DNA of 64,000 nucleotides from a virus. The stretch is taken from IMG/VR virus record IMGVR_UViG_3300028025_003013, positions 9,487 to 73,486 of that record; one strand, 5' to 3'. The notes beneath the pieces are model-generated. The model was not told the DNA's origin and did not search any database. It saw nothing but the letters and a program-made list of their open reading frames with translations. The position numbers and the translations under genes were made by a program. Numbering within the stretch: the stretch's first letter is position 1; each line of letters opens with the position of its first letter. Below, piece after piece: positions 9,574-15,405 of this stretch.

Positions 9574-9797
9574 TTACGATTAGTGGAATTACCAAGCGTC
9601 AAAAGCGCATGCTAAACATCATGTGGAATTTGGATACCGAGGAAGACTACTTTGAGTGGTATGAATCTTTGGATGCCGAGTTGCAAGCTGAAGCGGATCT
9701 GCTACAGCGTTTGGTGATCTTGGAATCGTATGAAGAAGATCTCGGTGACTGTGTTGATGCCAAGAAAGTTCTTGGAAAATTTGCCAAACTTGACTAA
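9570..9797 (+). CDS. hypothetical protein
   Basis: 75 aa, coupled. Confidence 0.7.
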   Translation: MITISGITKRQKRMLNIMWNLDTEEDYFEWYESLDAELQAEADLLQRLVILESYEEDLGDCVDAKKVLGKFAKLD

Positions 9798-9841
9798 GTC
9801 TGGTATACTTGTCGGTGTCGGTTATGATAAAGGATTATATT

Positions 9842-10108
9842 ATGTATGATATTGAAGAAGAAAAGCCCAAGCATGCTACTGGCTTGATGGGTATTGACTA
9901 CGAGACAGCAGATCGAATCACTCGGTTGACCTTAACTGAGTACCGAGATCGGTTGCAGCATGAATTGGACATGTGGAATGCAGATCCTCAGGATGAGACG
10001 AATCCCGATGGGTACTGGATGCATCCCGAAGATGTAGTGCGTAACTGCAAGACAGTTAAACTTATTGATGTGCTTTTACAAGATTTTGGTGGAGAATTGT
10101 ATGCCTAA
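9842..10108 (+). CDS. hypothetical protein
   Basis: AAGGA SD; TTGCCA-17-TATACT promoter at 9781-9809. Confidence 0.7.
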   Translation: MYDIEEEKPKHATGLMGIDYETADRITRLTLTEYRDRLQHELDMWNADPQDETNPDGYWMHPEDVVRNCKTVKLIDVLLQDFGGELYA

Positions 10109-10598
10109 TTGGTGCTATAACAGCGTAGTTATTTCTCATGATGATGAGACACTTATTGATGCCTTGGAACAGGAATTGATGAAGGGTGATGATGCCAAGG
10201 TGTTTAATCATCTTGTGCCTCGTCCAGTCGAAGAGGAAGAAAACTGGTACGCATGGAACATCAACGCATGGGGTACAAAGTGGGATGTGACTCCGTATGA
10301 TTGGGATCGTGATGGTAATTCTATCACTATGACTTTTGATTCTGCATGGTCGCCACCGATTAATCTGTATGAAACACTGACTGAAGAAGGTTGGTATGTT
10401 AATGCAAAGTATCATGAGCCTGGATGTGTATTCATTGGAAAGTTTGAAGATGGCTTTGATGAATATTATGAGTACGACATTACAGACGAAGATGCAATCA
10501 ATGAGTTGCCAGAAGAACTGATTGAGTTCGGTAACCTGTTGGAAGAGCATGAGAACTGGAAAGAAAATAATGAAGCTACAGACGAAACTGAAGATTGA
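10101..10598 (+). CDS. DUF1281/YubB-like ferredoxin-fold protein
   Basis: MPNWC...WY.W....WGTKWD...FDSAWSPP...Y.EPG motifs. Confidence 0.8.
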   Translation: MPNWCYNSVVISHDDETLIDALEQELMKGDDAKVFNHLVPRPVEEEENWYAWNINAWGTKWDVTPYDWDRDGNSITMTFDSAWSPPINLYETLTEEGWYVNAKYHEPGCVFIGKFEDGFDEYYEYDITDEDAINELPEELIEFGNLLEEHENWKENNEATDETED

Positions 10599-10707
10599 GA
10601 ATTTCTTTAATCAGATTCAGCGTAACTTTACGTTGATGGAATGGTTCGTTATAATGCTGGTTGTTTACATGTTGGGTAATGTATTGTTTAACTGGATCTT
10701 TAGATGA
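10570..10707 (+). CDS. small membrane protein
   Basis: Hydrophobic C-terminus; coupled to the next gene. Confidence 0.5.
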   Translation: MKLQTKLKIENFFNQIQRNFTLMEWFVIMLVVYMLGNVLFNWIFR

Positions 10708-11183
10708 AACAAAAGTGGCTTGATGCGTTCATGGACACAGCCGAGCGATTTGCTCAGTTGTCGAGTTCGCGAAGATTGCATGTTGGTGCAGTTGTCGTAA
10801 AGGATAATCGCATCATCTCGATCGGCTACAATGGTATGCCAGCTGGTTGGACTAATGACTGCGAGCATAAGATCTATTGTGATGATGGAGATTATTCTGA
10901 ACAGCTTCTTCCTAAGGATTCGAATCAGTGGGTAAAGTATAAACTTGTCACAAAGGATGAAGTTATCCATGCTGAGGCGAATGCCATAGCCAAGTTAGCC
11001 AGAGATGGCGAAAGCGGAAGTGGCAGTGCTATGTTTTGTACTCATGCGCCATGTGTGCAGTGTGCCAAACTAATCTATGGGGCTGGTATCACCAAGATGT
11101 TCTATAGAGACAGCTATCGGGATGCTGATGGGATAAACTTCCTTACAGCTACAGGTGTTGAGGTAATACCCTACAAAAAGTAA
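10704..11183 (+). CDS. cd: dCMP deaminase
   Basis: VGAV...GYNG, HAEANAI and PCVQC zinc motifs. Confidence 0.93.
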   Translation: MKQKWLDAFMDTAERFAQLSSSRRLHVGAVVVKDNRIISIGYNGMPAGWTNDCEHKIYCDDGDYSEQLLPKDSNQWVKYKLVTKDEVIHAEANAIAKLARDGESGSGSAMFCTHAPCVQCAKLIYGAGITKMFYRDSYRDADGINFLTATGVEVIPYKK

Positions 11184-11199
11184 GGTTTTAATAAAATAC

Positions 11200-11240
11200 T
11201 TGACGGAAATTCAAAACTGAGGTAGAATTGGTTATAAATA
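11200..11240 (+). promoter_or_regulatory. sigma70 promoter plus T4-type late promoter
   Basis: TTGACG-17-TAGAAT; TATAAATA at 11233-11240. Confidence 0.75.
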
Positions 11241-11257
11241 CTTAAATGGAGTTCAAA

Positions 11258-11566
11258 ATGAAAAAGATCGTAAAATTTGCAGTTGCTTCTCTTGTGGTTT
11301 CTTTTGGCTTTGCATCGACAGCGCATGCATGGGGCGAAAGAGAACAAGGTGCTCTTGCTGGTGTAGCTGGTCTTTGGATATTTCAACAATTGTCCAAGCC
11401 ACAAGTTGTAGTTCAGCAACCACCAGTTGTGTATGCTCCTCCGCAAGTTGTGTATACTCAACCACCAGTTGTAGTATATAACCCTGTGAGACAATGGTGT
11501 GAGACCAGAGTTATTATCGACCAAAATGGTTTTCATCGCACTGCTCAGGTTTGTTGGTATCAGTAA
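11258..11566 (+). CDS. secreted Pro/Val-rich protein
   Basis: Signal peptide ending AHA; (Q/P)PPVVY repeats. Confidence 0.8.
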   Translation: MKKIVKFAVASLVVSFGFASTAHAWGEREQGALAGVAGLWIFQQLSKPQVVVQQPPVVYAPPQVVYTQPPVVVYNPVRQWCETRVIIDQNGFHRTAQVCWYQ

Positions 11567-11576
11567 GTTGTAAGTG

Positions 11577-11605
11577 TTGACTTTAAAAGAAAAGAAACGT
11601 ATAAT
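11577..11605 (+). promoter_or_regulatory. sigma70 promoter of the tRNA operon
   Basis: TTGACT-17-TATAAT; predicted +1 is the A of ATG 11612. Confidence 0.9.
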
Positions 11606-11611
11606 TCAATT

Positions 11612-11734
11612 ATGTTAAAAATAGTTTGTTCCTCGTTGGCTAAACATCTACCACTCAATAGTGGCTGGACAAACACACGCCCACAGTCAACAGACGTATT
11701 TGCGATTGAGTATAGTGAGGGTTTTGGAAACTAG
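11612..11734 (+). CDS. attenuator leader peptide (40 aa, contains all 20 amino acids)
   Basis: MLKIVCSSLAKHLPLNSGWTNTRPQSTDVFAIEYSEGFGN*; 32 distinct codons; stop lies inside the antiterminator 5' arm. Confidence 0.8.
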   Translation: MLKIVCSSLAKHLPLNSGWTNTRPQSTDVFAIEYSEGFGN

Positions 11735-11766
11735 ATTAGACAACAAGTCTACTTCCCAAAACCCTC
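11717..11766 (+). promoter_or_regulatory. antiterminator hairpin
   Basis: GAGGGTTTTGG (11717-11727) pairs perfectly with CCAAAACCCTC (11756-11766); inner stem TAGATT/AGTCTA. Confidence 0.85.
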
Positions 11767-11797
11767 TGAGATGAAAGTCCAGAGGGTTTTTTGTTTT
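11758..11797 (+). terminator. intrinsic terminator (attenuator)
   Basis: AAAACCCTCTG...GAAA loop...CAGAGGGTTTT followed by TTGTTTT; shares 11758-11766 with the antiterminator. Confidence 0.9.
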
Positions 11798-11816
11798 AGG
11801 GCATCGTCCCAAATTA

Positions 11817-11831
11817 GATCTTTAACAATTT
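11817..11831 (+). promoter_or_regulatory. rrn-type boxA (Nus antitermination)
   Basis: GATCTTTAACAATTT versus E. coli rrn leader GCTCTTTAACAATTT. Confidence 0.7.
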
Positions 11832-11842
11832 GAAGTTTCTGT

Positions 11843-11916
11843 TCCCTGATAGTGTAGCGGTAACACAGCTGACTTTGACTCAGCTATCGCAGGTTCGAAT
11901 CCTGCTCGGGGTGCCA
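11843..11916 (+). tRNA. tRNA-Gln(UUG)
   Basis: Cloverleaf; anticodon loop CTTTGAC; TTCGAAT T-loop; encoded CCA. Confidence 0.92.
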
Positions 11917-11954
11917 TAATAAAGCATATTGCAAAGTATGCTTTGATATGATAT

Positions 11955-12028
11955 GGGGGTAAAACTTTAAAGTGAAGTAACTGGCTTTTAACCAGTAAAA
12001 CTAGGAGCGTTACCTAGTACCCCTACCA
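11955..12028 (+). tRNA. tRNA-Lys(UUU), non-canonical
   Basis: All four stems pair; loop CTTTTAA; A8/U14; T-loop AGCGTTA; CCA. Confidence 0.85.
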
Positions 12029-12036
12029 GATACAAT

Positions 12037-12112
12037 GGTGTCCATAGTGTAAAGGTTAGCACCCAACTCTGTGAAAGTTGTAGAAAGGGATCGTTCCCCT
12101 TTGGATACCCCA
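12037..12112 (+). tRNA. tRNA-His(GUG)
   Basis: G-1:C73; loop CTGTGAA; T-loop ATCGTTC. Confidence 0.88.
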
Positions 12113-12114
12113 GT

Positions 12115-12189
12115 GGTGATATAGCACAGCGGTAGTGCACTTCCTTCATACGGAATAGGTCGTTTGTTCGAATCAAACTATCACCACCA
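12115..12189 (+). tRNA. tRNA-Met(CAU), elongator
   Basis: Cloverleaf; loop TTCATAC; G1-C72 paired. Confidence 0.85.
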
Positions 12190-12200
12190 AAGATTAATAT

Positions 12201-12287
12201 GGGTGTTGCCCACTACGGCAGTCTGTAAAACTGTTCCTGAAGGTAGTGAAGTCAAGGCACGTGGAGCGTTACCATCAACACCCACCA
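12201..12287 (+). tRNA. tRNA-Tyr(GUA)-like RNA without a normal D-arm
   Basis: Acceptor GGGTGTTG/CAACACCC-ACCA; anticodon arm GCAGT-CTGTAAA-ACTGT; T-loop AGCGTTA. Confidence 0.7.
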
Positions 12288-12293
12288 TATTAT

Positions 12294-12370
12294 GCCCCGA
12301 TGACGGAATTGGTATACGTGTTGGTCTTAGAAACCAAATTTTGGGAGTTCGAGTCTCCCTTGGGGCACCA
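12294..12370 (+). tRNA. tRNA-Leu(UAG)
   Basis: Loop CTTAGAA; short variable region; CCA. Confidence 0.9.
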
Positions 12371-12378
12371 AGTATTTT

Positions 12379-12453
12379 GCATCGTTAACTCAGCGGTAGA
12401 GTGTCTCCCTTACAAGGAGAAGGTCGGCAGTTCGATCCTGTCACGATGTACCA
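12379..12453 (+). tRNA. tRNA-Val(UAC)
   Basis: Loop CTTACAA; cloverleaf; CCA. Confidence 0.93.
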
Positions 12454-12460
12454 GTTTTAT

Positions 12461-12536
12461 GCCAAGATAGCTCATCAGGTAGAGCACCAGTTTGAAGCAT
12501 TGGGTGTGGTCGGTTCGAGTCCGACTCTTGGTACCA
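12461..12536 (+). tRNA. tRNA-Phe(GAA)
   Basis: Loop TTGAAGC; cloverleaf; CCA. Confidence 0.9.
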
Positions 12537-12540
12537 GTTT

Positions 12541-12615
12541 TGCCTTATAGCTCAGAGGAAGAGCAATCGCTTGATAAGCGATAGGTCGACATTTCGAAAT
12601 TGTCTAAGGCAACCA
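12541..12615 (+). tRNA. tRNA-Ile(GAU)
   Basis: Loop TTGATAA; cloverleaf; CCA. Confidence 0.92.
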
Positions 12616-12616
12616 T

Positions 12617-12693
12617 ATCCCAATGGCGCAATTGGTAGACGCACCTCTCTCAAAAGGAGTCTGTTGAAGGTTCGAGTCCTTCTTGGGATACCA
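12617..12693 (+). tRNA. tRNA-Leu(CAA)
   Basis: Loop CTCAAAA; short variable region; CCA. Confidence 0.87.
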
Positions 12694-12699
12694 GATTAT

Positions 12700-12775
12700 G
12701 CCCCATTAGTAAAATGGATGATTACGCTGTGCTACGAACGCAGAGGTGGAGGTTCAATTCCTTCATGGGGTACCA
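12700..12775 (+). tRNA. tRNA-Arg(ACG)
   Basis: Loop CTACGAA; CCA. Confidence 0.92.
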
Positions 12776-12783
12776 AAGTTTAT

Positions 12784-12875
12784 GGAAGATAATGCAGCGG
12801 GGTTGGTCCTGCGACCAGCCTTGAAAACTGGGTTCTCAGAAATGGGATGGGGTTCGACTCCTCTGTCTTCCGCCA
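12784..12875 (+). tRNA. tRNA-Ser(UGA)
   Basis: Loop CTTGAAA; long variable arm; G73; CCA. Confidence 0.88.
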
Positions 12876-12891
12876 ATATAAGGAGCATGAT

Positions 12892-13086
12892 ATGCAAATA
12901 ACGAGAGCAGAACAGGCAAACATTAAACAGCATAACTTGGAGCAACGTCGTCTTCAAGACAAGAGAGATGAAGACTATCGCAAGGTAGTTGAGAAAAGAT
13001 CGTATGAACGAATCATAGAAGATCGAGTTGATCGCAATCGTCGCCTGGATTTAGACAAAGGTAGGAATATAGATATTGAATGTTAG
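12892..13086 (+). CDS. hypothetical protein inside the tRNA array
   Basis: AGGAG SD; MQITRAEQ...KGRNIDIEC. Confidence 0.7.
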   Translation: MQITRAEQANIKQHNLEQRRLQDKRDEDYRKVVEKRSYERIIEDRVDRNRRLDLDKGRNIDIEC

Positions 13087-13170
13087 AGAGTGGGCAGGAT
13101 GGTAATGCAGCAGTTTGCTAAACTGTAGATCCGAAAGGGTCAAAGGGTTCGACTCCCTTACTCTCTGCCA
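13085..13170 (+). tRNA. tRNA-Ser(GCU)
   Basis: Loop TTGCTAA; long variable arm; CCA. Confidence 0.92.
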
Positions 13171-13172
13171 AT

Positions 13173-13247
13173 ACGGCATTCGTTCAACGGATAGGACATG
13201 AGTCTTCTAAACTCAGAATGGTGGTTCGATTCCTCCATGCCGTGCCA
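13173..13247 (+). tRNA. tRNA-Arg(UCU)
   Basis: Loop CTTCTAA; CCA. Confidence 0.9.
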
Positions 13248-13253
13248 GTGTTC

Positions 13254-13328
13254 GGGCTGATAGCTTAATGGTAAAGCGTTCGACTCATAATCGATTGAGT
13301 CTGAGTTCAATTCTCAGTCAGCCCACCA
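13254..13328 (+). tRNA. tRNA-Ile2(CAU), probable lysidine type
   Basis: CGA-CTCATAA-TCG anticodon arm as in bacterial Ile2. Confidence 0.78.
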
Positions 13329-13370
13329 GTGTAATGTTAAATAGAGGTAATGCAGTAAGAAAGGTCTAAT

Positions 13371-13928
13371 ATGAATATCCTAGCACTTGATGCAAGTGGT
13401 CTACCTAGAAAGTGGATCAACTTTGAAGATGCAATTACGTACCATGCCAAAGGGCAGGTTGTATGGTCTCTTGGAGATCCTGTTGCAAAGTTTCGTGGTG
13501 GTTTGCAAAATGATGGCACATTGTCTTACATCGAGTCGCCATCTATCATTGCGATCAAAGGTAAAGGATATTCACTTGACAAAGTCGGGAGAGTAATCCT
13601 GACAAACAAAACTTTGTTTGGTCGTGACAGACATCTGTGTGCTTATTGTGGTGATGTATTTTTACCAAGCAAGTTATCACGTGACCATGTTGTGCCTGTA
13701 TCAAAGGGTGGTGAAGATAGTTGGACAAACGTAGTAACATCATGCGTCAAGTGCAATACGCACAAGGGTGCTAAGACACTTGAACAAAGTGGCTTGCAGT
13801 TGCTGTATGTTCCATACGAACCAAACCACTACGAGAATATGATTTTACAAAACAGAAACATTCTTGCTGATCAAATGGAGTACTTGTTATCAGGTGTTCC
13901 AAAGAACAGTAGAGTGCATCTGCTATAG
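13371..13928 (+). CDS. HNH endonuclease (McrA/HNH_5-like)
   Basis: RD..CAYCG...SRDHVVP.SKGG...W.N.V..C..CN..KG. Confidence 0.92.
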   Translation: MNILALDASGLPRKWINFEDAITYHAKGQVVWSLGDPVAKFRGGLQNDGTLSYIESPSIIAIKGKGYSLDKVGRVILTNKTLFGRDRHLCAYCGDVFLPSKLSRDHVVPVSKGGEDSWTNVVTSCVKCNTHKGAKTLEQSGLQLLYVPYEPNHYENMILQNRNILADQMEYLLSGVPKNSRVHLL

Positions 13929-14004
13929 TGCGATACCCGAGCGGTCTAAGGGCACAGCCTGCAAAACTGATGATTCGTGGGTTCGAATCCCACTCGCACT
14001 TCCA
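13927..14004 (+). tRNA. tRNA-Cys(GCA)
   Basis: Loop CTGCAAA; U73; CCA; imperfect anticodon stem. Confidence 0.85.
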
Positions 14005-14013
14005 AGATAGTTG

Positions 14014-14042
14014 TTGACCTTAATTCAGGTTTAGTGTATAAT
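14014..14042 (+). promoter_or_regulatory. internal sigma70 promoter
   Basis: TTGACC-17-TATAAT. Confidence 0.8.
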
Positions 14043-14063
14043 TGATTTTTAGATGGAGAAAAA

Positions 14064-14201
14064 ATGTTTAAAGATGATGTGGCACTGGGCGAATTTTTGG
14101 AATTTTTGGGTGACCTGTCCCTCGAGGGGGAGTCTTTTGAAATATGTCTGGCTGCACTGAAACTGCAGTCCGCACTGAAAGAAATTTATCCGCAGTATTG
14201 A
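14064..14201 (+). CDS. small hypothetical protein
   Basis: 45 aa, MFKDDVALGEFLEFLGDL...; GGAG SD. Confidence 0.6.
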   Translation: MFKDDVALGEFLEFLGDLSLEGESFEICLAALKLQSALKEIYPQY

Positions 14202-14210
14202 AAATACTGC

Positions 14211-14239
14211 TTGACTTAAATTAGCATTTGATGTATAAT
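14211..14239 (+). promoter_or_regulatory. internal sigma70 promoter
   Basis: TTGACT-17-TATAAT, preceded by inverted repeat GCAGTATT-gaa-AATACTGC. Confidence 0.85.
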
Positions 14240-14245
14240 TAGAGT

Positions 14246-14330
14246 TCTGAAGTCCTCTATTAGTCTTTACGTAAAGTCGGAAGCATGAGGCTTGGGGTGT
14301 GGCTCATCGTGAGATGCCCAGTCACCCCAC
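14246..14330 (+). ncRNA. unassigned structured RNA A
   Basis: Two hairpins between the promoter and tRNA-Glu; no ORF. Confidence 0.5.
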
Positions 14331-14334
14331 CTTT

Positions 14335-14409
14335 GCACGATTCGTCTATCGGTTAGGACACCAGCCTTTCACGTTGGTAAGATGGGTTCGATTCCCATAT
14401 CGTGTACCA
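14335..14409 (+). tRNA. tRNA-Glu(UUC)
   Basis: Loop CTTTCAC; CCA. Confidence 0.93.
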
Positions 14410-14630
14410 TATTAAATTGTATTGGGTTGCCAATGCCAGTAGGTAATTTAGTTCGCCCCCAACTGACGGAGTTGGACTGCTAAGTTACACGAAACCTTGA
14501 GATCATATCAGGAGGACGCTGGACAAAATTGGAACGTAATGTGGTTAACAGACAAGTCCATGGACGTCATGGTAGGGCAGGTTCAAAACTGTTATTTCTG
14601 TTAAACATCCCAGTATAATTTAATATGGTA
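14405..14630 (+). ncRNA. unassigned structured RNA B
   Basis: 22-bp closing stem (2 G-U) enclosing several hairpins. Confidence 0.7.
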
Positions 14631-14638
14631 AAGTTTAT

Positions 14639-14714
14639 TCCCTAGTAGCACAGCGGTAGTTGCACTTGACTGTTAATCAAGGTGTCCGTGGTTCGATCCC
14701 ACGCTGGGGAGCCA
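14639..14714 (+). tRNA. tRNA-Asn(GUU)
   Basis: Loop CTGTTAA; CCA. Confidence 0.93.
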
Positions 14715-14718
14715 ATAT

Positions 14719-14795
14719 CGCGATGTATGGAAGTGGTCATCCGCCCAGTCTCATAAGCTGTGGAATCGCTGGTTCGAATCCAGCCATCGCAACCA
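14719..14795 (+). tRNA. tRNA-fMet(CAU)-like
   Basis: C1:A72 mismatch; loop CTCATAA; lacks the GGG/CCC anticodon-stem pairs. Confidence 0.78.
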
Positions 14796-14797
14796 AA

Positions 14798-15020
14798 CGT
14801 GCCGAGTGTCTTTGGCTAATGTGATCCGCATGACGAGAAACAGTGTGACAACTGTAGGATGGTTCTTCTTCTGTAATGGAAGTCATGGGTAACCATGGGT
14901 CGACCTAACCAGCGTTGGCAACACGAAAGTCTTGTGCATGGCGAGTGGGTGGAAGGTACGTGTGATGGGTGCGATAGCGTCGTATCTTGATGTGCTATAA
15001 TTACCACGATGTGCAGGAAG
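14798..15020 (+). ncRNA. unassigned structured RNA C
   Basis: GC-richer 225-nt spacer with many nested stems; no credible ORF. Confidence 0.6.
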
Positions 15021-15024
15021 CAAT

Positions 15025-15098
15025 GCCCTTGTAGTATATTGGTATTACAGTTGCCTTGTAAGCATCAAAAGAAGGTTCGATTCCTTACTGGGGCACCA
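15025..15098 (+). tRNA. tRNA-Thr(UGU)
   Basis: Loop CTTGTAA; CCA. Confidence 0.85.
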
Positions 15099-15106
15099 AG
15101 TTTTTA

Positions 15107-15181
15107 GGTCTCAAAGTGTTCATGGACGCACATATGCCTGTCACGCATAAAGAAGGGGATCGTTACCCCTTGAGACCGCCA
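15107..15181 (+). tRNA. tRNA-Asp(GUC), non-canonical
   Basis: Loop CTGTCAC; A8/U14; T-loop ATCGTTA; G73; CCA. Confidence 0.87.
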
Positions 15182-15326
15182 TTGTTAAGTGTTATCAAGG
15201 TATCGTGTATGGACCCATACACTACTCGACAGTAAGGGTGCGACTGACACTGTCTGATATAACTGTTATTCGCTCGCCAGTGCTAGCTACATTTTTGGCA
15301 AATCGGCAGATAACACTTAACAATGG
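15179..15326 (+). ncRNA. unassigned structured RNA D
   Basis: Perfect 18-bp closing stem enclosing three hairpins. Confidence 0.7.
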
Positions 15327-15330
15327 TTTT

Positions 15331-15405
15331 GGGGGATTAGTGATAATGGGAGCACATGTGCTTTGCAAGCATGAAGTGGGAGTTCGATCCTCCCATCCTC
15401 CACCA
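15331..15405 (+). tRNA. tRNA-Ala(UGC)
   Basis: G3-U70; loop TTTGCAA; CCA. Confidence 0.93.

Noticed and set aside
11988-12957. ORF-track entries overlapping tRNA genes (11988-12176, 12164-12388, 12246-12470, 12571-12792, 12763-12957; also 15205-15423, 15222-15614 and 18339-18764)
   Set aside because: They are chance frames across clear tRNA cloverleaves, without SD or protein-like features.
14246-15326. Assigning the unknown RNAs to RNase P, SRP, hammerhead or a group I intron
   Set aside because: The diagnostic cores (GAGGAAAGUCC; SRP domain IV; CUGANGA...GAAA junction; P7 motifs) could not be found by eye, so they are left unassigned.
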